From positions 30,778 through 94,777 of the IMG/VR virus record IMGVR_UViG_3300021963_000067: a stretch of DNA of 64,000 nucleotides; one strand, given 5' to 3'. This stretch comes from a virus. Below the pieces are notes generated by a model. It was not told the DNA's origin, ran no database searches, and saw nothing but the letters and a program-made list of their open reading frames with translations. Every line of letters starts with the position of its first letter. Position 1 is the stretch's first letter. Positions 45,607 to 54,889 of this stretch are shown piece by piece. The position numbers and the translations under genes were made by a program.

Positions 45607-46164
45607 TTATAGTAAATGATCTGCAATGCCAAGATCGATAACTTCTTGTGGTGTTAGATAGACATCACTAGCGGGCAAGAGTTTTTTCTTGATCACACTA
45701 GGAGCAAGTCCAGTGGCTTCTTTCAATACCGCTACCATCATTTCATTGCTGATCTCATTGCCCTTCATAGATGCTTTGAGATCGTGATACTTGCCTTCTG
45801 AATTATCTGTAAATTGATGGCACATAAATGTAGCATTTTTTCCAGCGTATCTTTGACCGTGTGTTCCAGAAGCCGCAATTAAAAATGCCGCACTCATCGC
45901 CGATCCAATTGTAATAGTGCGAATAGGATGTTCGCTGGATTTCATAACATCAACTAGGGCAAGTGCAGAATACAAATCTCCACCAGTTGAGTTGATATAT
46001 AGAGTTAGAATTTTTTCACGGACATCAAAGTTTTCATAGATAATCCATTTAATACACTCGTTGACGTTTTCGTCAGTAATTTCACCTGATAGGAAATGAA
46101 CTGAATTTTCCAGTAATTTTAGGTCAACGCGATCGCTGGCATTGAACTCATCAATTTTTTTCAC
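45607..46164 (-). CDS. clpP: ClpP-like protease subunit
   Basis: LYINSTGG, AMSAA, MCHQ, DVYLTPQE...LGIAD; GTG start after AAGGAG. Confidence 0.85.
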   Translation of the reverse strand: MKKIDEFNASDRVDLKLLENSVHFLSGEITDENVNECIKWIIYENFDVREKILTLYINSTGGDLYSALALVDVMKSSEHPIRTITIGSAMSAAFLIAASGTHGQRYAGKNATFMCHQFTDNSEGKYHDLKASMKGNEISNEMMVAVLKEATGLAPSVIKKKLLPASDVYLTPQEVIDLGIADHLL

Positions 46165-46211
46165 GGCTGCTCCTTGGACATTATTACTTATCATCGTTAA
46201 TAATTATACTA

Positions 46212-46592
46212 TCAGTTAATAGTAAAAGCACCTACAGCCCAGCCAATAATAGCGATATATGTCAAATAATGGAGGGCTTGATCTAGTCCAAACCAAACCC
46301 AAAAAGATCGATCAGCAGGAGTTAGTCCTTTATTCAGCTGTTGCTTTGCCCAATCGATATGATAGTGTGCTGCCATATCGAATAATGCGGCAAAGACAGC
46401 CATTGATCCTAAAAAAGGTACCAGTATTAGCCATGTAAACATAGCATGAAACAGAGCATGGTCTACACCACCGCGAGCACCATATAGACCTTTCTGCTCA
46501 ATCATGTAGGAAAACTGCAATACAAAATCACATATAAAATGCTTGACGCCAAAGAGTGCCAAAAGCAGAAGAATCAGCTGAAATTCTGTCAT
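46212..46592 (-). CDS. DUF3307 membrane protein
   Basis: KHFICDFVLQ, HALFH, HYHIDWAK, GLDQALH. Confidence 0.85.
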   Translation of the reverse strand: MTEFQLILLLLALFGVKHFICDFVLQFSYMIEQKGLYGARGGVDHALFHAMFTWLILVPFLGSMAVFAALFDMAAHYHIDWAKQQLNKGLTPADRSFWVWFGLDQALHYLTYIAIIGWAVGAFTIN

Positions 46593-46774
46593 ACGTAATC
46601 TCGAAACATCTGCTTACGGCCATCTTCACCAATATGGAGATCAAATATATCCTTAACCGTGGTCATCATAGCACAGGCCAACATCAGTTGATCTTGCCTA
46701 TCGTCGCACATCATGATCTGTCGATCAATAGGTTCCATTAGTTCTATCATTCGTTTTTTTATAGGATCATTCAT
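46589..46774 (-). CDS. Hypothetical protein
   Basis: Coupled ORF. Confidence 0.7.
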   Translation of the reverse strand: MNDPIKKRMIELMEPIDRQIMMCDDRQDQLMLACAMMTTVKDIFDLHIGEDGRKQMFRDYV

Positions 46775-47231
46775 TTTGTTCCTTGGTTAATTCACACATT
46801 AACTGAAAATGATCGTAGGCTTTACGAACACTGTCGTGCTTCATCAGTTTGTCTGCTTCTGCTTGCATAGCCTTTACAGCTTCTTCGCAGGCTTCTCTAG
46901 CACTAGGCCACTCTAGCTGACGTGCTTCTTCACCAAACTCTTTGACTAGGTTTTCCCAGGCTTTTTTCTGACCGGGAGTAAGTGGTTTTGATTTTGTACG
47001 AAGATCGCTAGCCTTCCGGATAGCTTCACTAATCTTATCTTCGGCTACACGCCCTGCGGCAATCATCGGAGCATAATCTGGATTGATATTAAATCGTCGA
47101 CTGCTACCACCTGGGTAAACTTGCACTAGATGTGTGCCTTTTGGAAAACTATCACAGAACTCAGCAGAGTATGTGCTATGCGGAACATAGCGCCGACCCT
47201 TCTTAACGTAAAAGATAGTTTCGTTGCTCAT
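46767..47231 (-). CDS. Hypothetical protein
   Basis: Start MSNETIF. Confidence 0.75.
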   Translation of the reverse strand: MSNETIFYVKKGRRYVPHSTYSAEFCDSFPKGTHLVQVYPGGSSRRFNINPDYAPMIAAGRVAEDKISEAIRKASDLRTKSKPLTPGQKKAWENLVKEFGEEARQLEWPSAREACEEAVKAMQAEADKLMKHDSVRKAYDHFQLMCELTKEQNE

Positions 47232-47238
47232 TTTATAC

Positions 47239-47460
47239 TCATACAAAATCGTAGGTTTTTTCAAAGATAGGACCATCACAGATGTAAAGCTCGCCATCGA
47301 TGCCACGCATTAGGTAGTCTCCAGCTTTGCCTTGTTTGTAATTCCCTTCGAGCGTGTTAACTCGAAATTCTTCGCCAATCTTTTTAGCATGAACAATGAT
47401 AGGACGCTTCATACATTCCTGCATGCCTACTACAGCTTCAAATGTATCATATGTTTTCAT
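47239..47460 (-). CDS. Hypothetical protein (PGDYG-like)
   Basis: TLEG...GKAGDYLMRGIDGELY.C...IFEKTY. Confidence 0.7.
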   Translation of the reverse strand: MKTYDTFEAVVGMQECMKRPIIVHAKKIGEEFRVNTLEGNYKQGKAGDYLMRGIDGELYICDGPIFEKTYDFV

Positions 47461-47462
47461 AA

Positions 47463-47630
47463 TTAATGTACCGCCTCTTTTACGTCCACTTCACACTCAA
47501 CTACCCAATTGTTAAATTCTGTAAACTTGTTTACATTAACGCCAAGCCCCACAGCTTCATTTACAAAATGTTGTAAGAGTGCATTATACAATTCGTCGGG
47601 CATGGTATCTTTATCAAATCGAATCTTCAT
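47463..47630 (-). CDS. Hypothetical protein
   Basis: Start MKIRFD. Confidence 0.65.
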   Translation of the reverse strand: MKIRFDKDTMPDELYNALLQHFVNEAVGLGVNVNKFTEFNNWVVECEVDVKEAVH

Positions 47631-47898
47631 ATTTCTTCCAAGAGTTAGTGTCTGTGTTCCAATGTCTACGATCATACAAATTGAAGTGTATATTATAGCC
47701 TAGTAGGCCTAATGACAATTCGCATCCTGCATGATCTTGTCTAATAGTAAAGTTAAATTCAAACTCAACTATGCCGCCCGAAAGATACTGTTCTATCTCC
47801 CAGGCTTTGTTTTCAGTAAGCTGTCCGTTGATGTTGCCAAGATAATAAAATCTTGATCGTTTCCACGGATTGTCTATACTAAAATTTAAGTGTATCAT
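47614..47898 (-). CDS. Hypothetical protein
   Basis: Coupled ORF. Confidence 0.7.
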   Translation of the reverse strand: MIHLNFSIDNPWKRSRFYYLGNINGQLTENKAWEIEQYLSGGIVEFEFNFTIRQDHAGCELSLGLLGYNIHFNLYDRRHWNTDTNSWKKYEDSI

Positions 47899-48086
47899 TC
47901 TGGTAATGGTCTAAATCTAGAAAGAAAACTTTCTTGATAACAACTATATTCTCGATTTTCGTTTTCCGGCAAACGATCGTTGATATAATGAATCCAAGTA
48001 TGGCCTTCTACTTCTACAACCTGAATAACTCTAAAAATCTTACCGTTGCCCCCATCCCATTTACTGCCTTCTTTGATTATTGTCAT
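47895..48086 (-). CDS. Hypothetical protein
   Basis: Coupled ORF. Confidence 0.7.
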   Translation of the reverse strand: MTIIKEGSKWDGGNGKIFRVIQVVEVEGHTWIHYINDRLPENENREYSCYQESFLSRFRPLPE

Positions 48087-48089
48087 GTT

Positions 48090-48494
48090 TTATCCTTTCC
48101 AATTTTCTTTTACATCCTCTGGCACCTGTGCTGTCATATGTAGCATGAATCTGTAGGCTTCCCATGCTGTTTTGGCCGCATGATTATTGGCCATATTGGT
48201 AGGAAACATATCTGCCCAAATTGCGCCTTCGGGAATACGAAACGCACGAATGCTCTGTAAACGAGGTTGAAAGACCTTGCCTTCGTTGAACAATCGCATG
48301 CCTACTTCCATACATTTTTCTTCGTCTAGGCCTTCTAGGTAATCATGCCGATACATGTAATCTTGAATACAGAATTTGACATTTTCTTCATCGCGAAGTG
48401 CAGTACCTGAAATGATCCAAGCAACATCGTCGTAGGCTACTTCACCGTTAACAATGTCTCGAACACAACGTCCAAAACTGAATCCAATTTTCAT
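48090..48494 (-). CDS. Hypothetical protein
   Basis: Coupled ORF. Confidence 0.75.
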   Translation of the reverse strand: MKIGFSFGRCVRDIVNGEVAYDDVAWIISGTALRDEENVKFCIQDYMYRHDYLEGLDEEKCMEVGMRLFNEGKVFQPRLQSIRAFRIPEGAIWADMFPTNMANNHAAKTAWEAYRFMLHMTAQVPEDVKENWKG

Positions 48495-48718
48495 TTTACA
48501 CTCTTCTGTAATTCTTGCAAAATTTCAGTCATTGTTTTTAACTGTGCCTGAACTTGTTTTTTAACTTCTTCCGGGTTTTGAGTAGGCAAACACTCTGCAG
48601 AGTATTGCGCCGTTTTGGCTATCATGGCACGTTCTTTAAGGCAACTGACTTGATCATTAAACACTACCAATGGGGTGATCATTCCTAGATTAGTGATTAG
48701 TACCAATTGATAAAGCAT
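48491..48718 (-). CDS. Hypothetical protein
   Basis: AGGAG RBS after promoter. Confidence 0.7.
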   Translation of the reverse strand: MLYQLVLITNLGMITPLVVFNDQVSCLKERAMIAKTAQYSAECLPTQNPEEVKKQVQAQLKTMTEILQELQKSVK

Positions 48719-48747
48719 TTCAACTCCTAATAGTAGATGATATAGAT

Positions 48748-48776
48748 ATTATAGCATCAATCAGCAATTAAGTCAA
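48748..48776 (-). promoter_or_regulatory. Sigma70 promoter
   Basis: TTGACT-17-TATAAT. Confidence 0.8.
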
Positions 48777-49030
48777 GCCCATTTTAGAATAAACATCAAT
48801 TTATCTTGTTCATTGACAAAATGAAATATGTATTTGTTATGATAATTTGGTCCTGCCCAAAACATTGTCCACGTACCGTCAGTGCCATACACAGCTTCCC
48901 ATCTTTTACCAAAATTTTCTAAACACCATTCACTAGCATCTCTATGTGTTTTAGAATCGATTAAAATACTATGTTCTAGTTTTCTAAATTCTCTACGTCC
49001 GCGGCGTCGTTGTGATGAGTTCATTTCCAT
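48773..49030 (-). CDS. Small paralog-family protein
   Basis: EWCLENFG...FVNEQDKLMFILKW. Confidence 0.75.
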   Translation of the reverse strand: MEMNSSQRRRGRREFRKLEHSILIDSKTHRDASEWCLENFGKRWEAVYGTDGTWTMFWAGPNYHNKYIFHFVNEQDKLMFILKWA

Positions 49031-49284
49031 CTTAGAATAAAATTCACAGCATCACTAGAATCTTCAAATATGACTTCGCTACCTTTACGCTGGTAATGAT
49101 TTTTACAATTGGTTTCTAACCAATCTACTAACTCAACAGCATGTTCTCGTCTATCGAATCTTGGTAATAATACTCGTTTCCATCCAGCACCTACTAGCAT
49201 ACCCCAAAGTATTTCTTTATCAATTTCGCTTTGCATCTGTGTGCCGAGTTCGTCTAAAATTTCTTGTTCTAAGTTCATCGCCAT
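49021..49284 (-). CDS. Small paralog-family protein
   Basis: DWLETNC...FEDSSDAVNFILRW. Confidence 0.75.
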   Translation of the reverse strand: MAMNLEQEILDELGTQMQSEIDKEILWGMLVGAGWKRVLLPRFDRREHAVELVDWLETNCKNHYQRKGSEVIFEDSSDAVNFILRWK

Positions 49285-49661
49285 CTCATTATAAACATCA
49301 ATTGATCTGCTTCTTCACGAAACCAAAATTTTCTATTGTTCATATACCATCGCTTCAGCGGCTCCGGCGTTAGATTTTTAGTTTCATGCCAAATACTACT
49401 TGTATCACCGAATGTTTTGTGGCACCATAGTTCCATATCGGCCCAACTGCCTCCTACAGGCTCTACTGTATGGTACCGACTGCCGTAGACTGTGCCTTCA
49501 CTGAGTTTTAATTCTTCAACCGGGCGTTGGTGTATGTCGTTCCATAGACGCATATAAGCATTTATAACACTCTTGCCAGCCTGTCTGCCTGTAATCTGAG
49601 TCATACCTCGACCTTTAAATTTTGTCATATTATCTAGTAAATCTTGTTGCCAAGTTTGCAT
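49275..49661 (-). CDS. Small paralog-family protein
   Basis: LWCHKTFG...FREEADQLMFIMRW. Confidence 0.75.
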   Translation of the reverse strand: MQTWQQDLLDNMTKFKGRGMTQITGRQAGKSVINAYMRLWNDIHQRPVEELKLSEGTVYGSRYHTVEPVGGSWADMELWCHKTFGDTSSIWHETKNLTPEPLKRWYMNNRKFWFREEADQLMFIMRWR

Positions 49662-49921
49662 TAGGCCCACTTCATTGCAAACATAGTTGCATCCTGTTCG
49701 TTTTGAAAATACCAAGCACGACCGTTTGGGTGCGCAAGATCACGGAACTTGTTTTGACAATTCTCCAAACACCATGTAAGTTTTTCGGCAAAATCATCAT
49801 CTTGAAATACTATGGCATGATAGGTGCCTAATAATGCCATTAGCTTATCATCTACCTTGAGATGCTCTTCTGCTCGTTGAGCTCTTAGAATAGTGGTAGT
49901 TGGGTTAGGATCGTGAACCAT
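49661..49921 (-). CDS. Small paralog-family protein
   Basis: TWCLENC...FQNEQDATMFAMKW. Confidence 0.75.
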   Translation of the reverse strand: MVHDPNPTTTILRAQRAEEHLKVDDKLMALLGTYHAIVFQDDDFAEKLTWCLENCQNKFRDLAHPNGRAWYFQNEQDATMFAMKWA

Positions 49922-50273
49922 ATTTCAATAACCATTCCGTTAGTCTGGCACCTTGCAGTTTAGCAGTAATAGTATACCGATAACCGTAGCTAAATGTATC
50001 AGCCATCCTATGCCACACCGGAGTTTCAACGGCATGCTCCATTACCCATTTACCTTGTTCGGTCTCCTGCCAATTCCATAATGGCTCAGCGGCATATAGG
50101 TCCGGATCTTCTACATCGCCCATAGTGAACGTATGGACCACAACTTCTTTGGTTTCTTCCACGCTGTCTCCTACTAGCATATACTGATATATAGTCTTAG
50201 TAGGCTTGGGTCCAAGAAAAATGTATTCACGTCCCCATTGATCAGTTTCCCATTTGATCCGTATTTTAGACAT
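49905..50273 (-). CDS. Hypothetical protein (distant family member)
   Basis: MGDVEDPDLYAAEP; ends TEWLLKYG. Confidence 0.75.
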   Translation of the reverse strand: MSKIRIKWETDQWGREYIFLGPKPTKTIYQYMLVGDSVEETKEVVVHTFTMGDVEDPDLYAAEPLWNWQETEQGKWVMEHAVETPVWHRMADTFSYGYRYTITAKLQGARLTEWLLKYGSRS

Positions 50274-50517
50274 TACCCCTGCCTCCAAATTTCAGCATGA
50301 ACATCATAGCATCATAGTCATCTTCAAATTGAAAATATAAGGCATGATAATGTTCTTCACGCCAAAGCCCTCGACAGTTGTTTATACACCACGAAGCCAT
50401 TTCTTCAATTTGATTACGTGTAATGTTGTTAAAGTTTACTCTGTAGGGAAACACAGCCCTAGCTCTAGTGGCTAGTAGCTCATTTAGTGAGGCTACTTTA
50501 GTCTTGGCCATTACCAT
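50266..50517 (-). CDS. Small paralog-family protein
   Basis: SWCINNC...FEDDYDAMMFMLKF. Confidence 0.75.
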   Translation of the reverse strand: MVMAKTKVASLNELLATRARAVFPYRVNFNNITRNQIEEMASWCINNCRGLWREEHYHALYFQFEDDYDAMMFMLKFGGRGNV

Positions 50518-50809
50518 ATTTTAACAAGAACATTGTGCGTTTTTGATCATCGTAAAAATCTAATCGAACGGTATGATGTGATTTTTTGCCTTCGTACCAT
50601 CCTAGCTCTACCACTGGCCACCATTCGCCGCCCTCTGGAGGTCTAACATAGTCAGTATCCTTTACATATTCTCTATGATCACGAACTGTAAATCCTAAAA
50701 CCGTTTTCATCTTTGATCTTGAAAGATAAACACTAGGCTTTTCTCGTTGCTTAATACGCTCTAGAACCCCACTCCATTGACTGGGCGTCATTACAATTGG
50801 CTTACTCAT
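50498..50809 (-). CDS. Small paralog-family protein
   Basis: FYDDQKRTMFLLKY. Confidence 0.75.
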   Translation of the reverse strand: MSKPIVMTPSQWSGVLERIKQREKPSVYLSRSKMKTVLGFTVRDHREYVKDTDYVRPPEGGEWWPVVELGWYEGKKSHHTVRLDFYDDQKRTMFLLKYGNGQD

Positions 50810-51032
50810 TTAACCACTTTTGTATAATAGTGTTAGCTTCTTTTAGGTCTTTGGTATTCCAAAGCCTGTATTCCTCGCTTGCTCCGTGATCACCGCCATT
50901 GAGATAGATTTTACCAATTTCTGGAAAATAATTCAAGAACGCCTGCCCACGTCGATAGTCAGGATTGCGTATGAATTGCATAATCCAATACTGTTCAAAT
51001 TCCTTGTACTGTTCTTTTGAAATCACATCCAC
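50802..51032 (-). CDS. Hypothetical protein
   Basis: YRRGQAFLN motif; coupled. Confidence 0.7.
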   Translation of the reverse strand: MDVISKEQYKEFEQYWIMQFIRNPDYRRGQAFLNYFPEIGKIYLNGGDHGASEEYRLWNTKDLKEANTIIQKWLNE

Positions 51033-51322
51033 CTCAACTGAAATAGTGTTGCTTCTTTTTCGTCTTTGATATAGACTGTATACATCGGATCACCGCCGTT
51101 AAAACGATGTGTACAATCAGCTGTAGGGCACATCCTAGTCATCCATTCTTCAAACGTGTAATTATCTTGAGGATACACCCAACAGGTCCATCCACGCGGC
51201 AAGACAATTTCTCCAAATTGATTACCTGGATTGATTGGGTCAACACCATTATGAAATTCCCAATGATTAATTATAGTTTTTCTCACTTTAACCCATCCGC
51301 CTTTTACGGCTTGTAATGTCAT
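51023..51322 (-). CDS. Small paralog-family protein
   Basis: EWMTRMC...IKDEKEATLFQLRW. Confidence 0.75.
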   Translation of the reverse strand: MTLQAVKGGWVKVRKTIINHWEFHNGVDPINPGNQFGEIVLPRGWTCWVYPQDNYTFEEWMTRMCPTADCTHRFNGGDPMYTVYIKDEKEATLFQLRWM

Positions 51323-51639
51323 CGCCAGGTCCTATGCTTTTCAGCGACCCATTCATTACCATCATATTCTTCAATTTCCCATTCTACATCTGCAGGAATT
51401 TCTACAATTTTAAGTTCAGCGTATCTGCCGTTGGCGTCTGCTTTTAGATCTCGCACGATTTTCACAAGATAGGGATCATCTCGGGCAACCTCTTTATCAT
51501 GCCAATCGAGATCAGTAATACCTGCCATCTCTTTATAAAGAGTTTCGGCCTTTTCAGATAAACTAAATCCACCATAGCAGTTATTGATCACAATGTACTG
51601 AATACCTTTAAGAGTTTTAATTAGTTGTTCGTGTGTCAT
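51319..51639 (-). CDS. Hypothetical protein
   Basis: VINNCYGGFSLS, RDDP.LV, EYDGNEWVAE. Confidence 0.8.
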   Translation of the reverse strand: MTHEQLIKTLKGIQYIVINNCYGGFSLSEKAETLYKEMAGITDLDWHDKEVARDDPYLVKIVRDLKADANGRYAELKIVEIPADVEWEIEEYDGNEWVAEKHRTWR

Positions 51640-51914
51640 TTTCCGCTCTTGTATTTTAAACTAAACATTAGAACATCTTTTTCATCGTGAAAATAGAAGG
51701 CTGCAATTTCATCCCAGTGATAACTAGCATCGCTGACATCTGTGATGTCAAACCATACATAGCTTCGACAGTTAGCAAGGCACCACTTCTTAATTTTCCA
51801 GAAGGGTTCGCCTGCTGCCTTAGCATCGTTATCTGTAATAAGCACCTGATGACATTGTTGCAGAACATCATCAGGCGGCTTAAACTGCTTCCATTCGTCG
51901 CTGTAAGAGTACAT
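51636..51914 (-). CDS. Small paralog-family protein
   Basis: KWCLANC...FHDEKDVLMFSLKY. Confidence 0.75.
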   Translation of the reverse strand: MYSYSDEWKQFKPPDDVLQQCHQVLITDNDAKAAGEPFWKIKKWCLANCRSYVWFDITDVSDASYHWDEIAAFYFHDEKDVLMFSLKYKSGK

Positions 51915-52777
51915 TAGACTTCCAGCAAAATATTAGGATTCCAGCCAGTCTCTTCACTGTATCCTTCGTTTTCATAACCTCTAGGATTACATACAACTCG
52001 AGTACTACCAATGACATAGTCAAAAGGATGATGAGTATGTCCATGAGTCCACAATTTGATCTGTGGATGATCAAGAATAAAATCACTTAGGTCGCTATGA
52101 TAGCCACCGTTCATGATGTAGTCATGTGCATACTGCGGATGGCAACTCATATGGCTAGGAGTATGATGTCCTACTACCACAAACTTCTGCTCCTGTGGAT
52201 AGCCGTCCATTACCGTCCTAAAGTATTGCAGTGTTTTGCGATGACGATCTGCAATATCAGCAGGCTTGAGAGATCGATAGCCCGCTTGATCATGTCGAAT
52301 AATTCTAAAATCGTTCATCATGTCCGCAAGTGCATGAAGTGTAAATGGATCATGTTTGTTGCAGTCAGTCCAAAGTGTTGCACCCATGAACACAATGTCG
52401 TTAATCACTTTGACATCATTTTCTAAGAAATAGATGTTAGGATATTTGGCACATTCTTCACGCAGATGATCAATGCTGGCAAAAAACTTGCCGTTATAAA
52501 ATTCGTGATTGCCAGCAACGTAGATAACGTGTGGGAATTGAAAGCTACAACGTTTTAGGAAGTCGCGGAAACGCTGTGCATTTGCCTGTCTACGGCCTAG
52601 ACCTGTATGATTAGCAATGGCTGTTTGATCCGCTGTATTCGCAGGCTCCGGATGATCGTGAAGATCCTGTGCAACCATAATGTCGCCGGAGAGAATTAGT
52701 AGATCATATTCAGCATCGTTGGGAATCATAACGTCTGAGAACTCTAGGTGCAGATCTGAAACCAATTTAATTTTCAT
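51914..52777 (-). CDS. Calcineurin-like metallophosphoesterase
   Basis: SDLHLEF, GD, GNHEFY, HGHTH, CNPRGY. Confidence 0.92.
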   Translation of the reverse strand: MKIKLVSDLHLEFSDVMIPNDAEYDLLILSGDIMVAQDLHDHPEPANTADQTAIANHTGLGRRQANAQRFRDFLKRCSFQFPHVIYVAGNHEFYNGKFFASIDHLREECAKYPNIYFLENDVKVINDIVFMGATLWTDCNKHDPFTLHALADMMNDFRIIRHDQAGYRSLKPADIADRHRKTLQYFRTVMDGYPQEQKFVVVGHHTPSHMSCHPQYAHDYIMNGGYHSDLSDFILDHPQIKLWTHGHTHHPFDYVIGSTRVVCNPRGYENEGYSEETGWNPNILLEV

Positions 52778-52801
52778 GGTAATTTCCGGTAATGTACGTA
52801 T

Positions 52802-52830
52802 ATTATAGCACCAGTTTATTTAATTGTCAA
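52802..52830 (-). promoter_or_regulatory. Sigma70 promoter
   Basis: TTGACA-17-TATAAT. Confidence 0.85.
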
Positions 52831-52870
52831 ACGGTTAAATACTCATATTACATAACCCGGGAGCGAAACA

Positions 52871-53152
52871 ATGGGCGATATTTTCAAAATCATAGGCGAT
52901 TTAGGTATGCCTGTAGCCGCAGCACTAGCAGGCGGGTATTTTGTATACTTAACTATTAAACTATTATTACAAGGTGTACTAGGGTCGATTAACGGCATGA
53001 AGGGCATTATTATTGCTCTAGACAATCGTGTAAAAACCATGAATCACGATGTTATCCGTATTGACACAATTGTGTCCAATGCGCTAGGCCTACGTCCAGA
53101 TGCAGATCGTATTGCTCGTGCAGATGGTAAAAATGATGCAAGGCGTGATTAA
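52871..53152 (+). CDS. Small membrane protein (TM + coiled coil)
   Basis: LGMPVAAALAGGYFVY; ALDNRVKTMNHDVIRID. Confidence 0.8.
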   Translation: MGDIFKIIGDLGMPVAAALAGGYFVYLTIKLLLQGVLGSINGMKGIIIALDNRVKTMNHDVIRIDTIVSNALGLRPDADRIARADGKNDARRD

Positions 53153-53361
53153 TGGCCTATACTTTTACCATTAACATACTCTATCTATTTTGGCTAGTCT
53201 TAATTGTTGCGACCGTTTATATCTACATAAAAGATGACCTCGATGACCGGTTGACTCAAATACGACATGATGTCGAAATGCGGAAAGAATGGTTTAGAAT
53301 GTTGGCCGAACAAAAGAAGTCAAATCCAAAATGGCCATCAGAGTGGACAAGGAGAGATTAA
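53152..53361 (+). CDS. Small membrane protein
   Basis: N-terminal TM; coupled. Confidence 0.7.
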   Translation: MAYTFTINILYLFWLVLIVATVYIYIKDDLDDRLTQIRHDVEMRKEWFRMLAEQKKSNPKWPSEWTRRD

Positions 53362-53558
53362 TGTTACATTTTGACTATTCATGGGATTTAAGTCCGAATG
53401 GGATAATATTAGATAACGAACTTAATATAGATAGACTAGGATGGAAAGGCGGAGACTATTTTCAGTTAGTCAACATTGACGGAAGATGCTATCTTAAAAA
53501 AGTGGATCCGCTGGTAAAATTTTTAAAGGATGGTAAACGCAATGAACAAATGGACTAA
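53361..53558 (+). CDS. Hypothetical protein
   Basis: Start MLHFDY after AAGGAG. Confidence 0.7.
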   Translation: MLHFDYSWDLSPNGIILDNELNIDRLGWKGGDYFQLVNIDGRCYLKKVDPLVKFLKDGKRNEQMD

Positions 53559-53691
53559 ATGGTATGACAGTTTGCCTGAGCATACTAAACAGTATTTGAA
53601 AGGTCAACCACTCTGGCATGATAAGGATGTTGCATTCTTTTGTAGCATAGCAATGGCAGTAGGGGTTTTCTTCGGATATCTAGTGAGATAA
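53542..53691 (+). CDS. Small membrane protein (MNKWTKWYDSLPEHTK...), not in ORF track
   Basis: 49 aa with C-terminal TM, fills the gap. Confidence 0.65.
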   Translation: MNKWTKWYDSLPEHTKQYLKGQPLWHDKDVAFFCSIAMAVGVFFGYLVR

Positions 53692-53693
53692 TA

Positions 53694-53897
53694 ATGTATG
53701 TAGATGGATACATGTTGTTTGCAATTTATTTTATCGCTGTGTTGGCCTTGGCGGTCAGTGTCTATGCTCTTTGGAGTTTGGAAGAGATTAGAAAATTTTA
53801 TGAAACAAAATATAAGACAACAAACACAGCTACCAGATATTATAATGAAGGCTCTGCAATAAAAACAAAGTCTACAGCAAAGGGACATTGGGATTAA
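53694..53897 (+). CDS. Small membrane protein
   Basis: N-terminal TM. Confidence 0.65.
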   Translation: MYVDGYMLFAIYFIAVLALAVSVYALWSLEEIRKFYETKYKTTNTATRYYNEGSAIKTKSTAKGHWD

Positions 53898-53906
53898 GGA
53901 AAAATT

Positions 53907-54230
53907 ATGGACGTCGTAGAATTAGTAAACAAGTATGGATTTCCAATTGTCATGGCTGTTGGAATGGGCTTCATTATTAAGTATGTTTGGGAATGGGCCA
54001 CTAAAGAAGTTAAGCCAGTTATCGGAGAAGCAAACACTGTGTTGATTGCTCTCATTGACCGCATCCGCATGTTGGACAACGATTTGATTCGATTGAATCA
54101 AAAGGTCAATACTGTCTTGCACCTACGTGGTAAGACAATCGAGTTTGAACGAGTGGAAGCAGAAGCACAGATTAACATGCAAACCAAGAAGACCGAAGAC
54201 GAGAAATCAGCATCAGCCGGCGAAAGTTAA
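53907..54230 (+). CDS. Small membrane protein, related to 52871-53152
   Basis: YGFPIVMAVGMGF; ALIDRIRMLDNDLIRL. Confidence 0.8.
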   Translation: MDVVELVNKYGFPIVMAVGMGFIIKYVWEWATKEVKPVIGEANTVLIALIDRIRMLDNDLIRLNQKVNTVLHLRGKTIEFERVEAEAQINMQTKKTEDEKSASAGES

Positions 54231-54248
54231 TTAGTAGGAGGGGCGATT

Positions 54249-54407
54249 ATGGTAAATGCAGTTGCTTCGCTATTATTAGCGGGCATGTTATCAAATGAGC
54301 CTCGGTGTATCAAATGGACCTGGACCGGCGATGTCTACAATCGCAAAGTGGTATGTGTAGAATGGACAAAGCCACAGCCCAAAGATAAGGATCCTAAGAA
54401 AACATGA
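54249..54407 (+). CDS. Small secreted-type protein (MVNAVASLLLAG...CIKWTWTGD...CVEW), not in ORF track
   Basis: AGGAGG RBS, 52 aa, ATGA overlap with next gene. Confidence 0.7.
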   Translation: MVNAVASLLLAGMLSNEPRCIKWTWTGDVYNRKVVCVEWTKPQPKDKDPKKT

Positions 54408-54889
54408 TTGATCCTATTACACTTGGCATTGCTTTCACTGCCGCACAACAATCAGTGGGTTATATTAAAAAGGCCATCGCTCTAGGCAAAGACGTTAACA
54501 GCCTTTACGGACAATTTGCCAAGTTCTTTGAAAACAGCGATAAGATTCATAGTGCTAATGTGGCAGCACAAAACAGCAAAAAGATTCTCACTGATGGACA
54601 GATTAGAGCATTGTCAATACAGATTGCCATGCAGAGTAAAGCTCTACGTGATGCTGAAAAAGATCTAAAAGAAATGTTGATATATTCAGGCAACAAAGAT
54701 GTTTGGGATCAAATGATGGCCGAACGTGTACGCATGTACAAAGAACGGGCCAAGCTAGAAGCGGACATAAAAAATGCTAGGATTCAAGCACAGTCCGACA
54801 TGATAGATAGACTACTTATAGGTACAAGTTTCATGGCAATAGCTATTCCTACTGTGCTTTTCACTTTTGCTATGATAACAAGAAGTTAA
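54404..54889 (+). CDS. Hypothetical membrane-anchored coiled-coil protein
   Basis: MIDPITL start, C-terminal TM. Confidence 0.75.
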   Translation: MIDPITLGIAFTAAQQSVGYIKKAIALGKDVNSLYGQFAKFFENSDKIHSANVAAQNSKKILTDGQIRALSIQIAMQSKALRDAEKDLKEMLIYSGNKDVWDQMMAERVRMYKERAKLEADIKNARIQAQSDMIDRLLIGTSFMAIAIPTVLFTFAMITRS

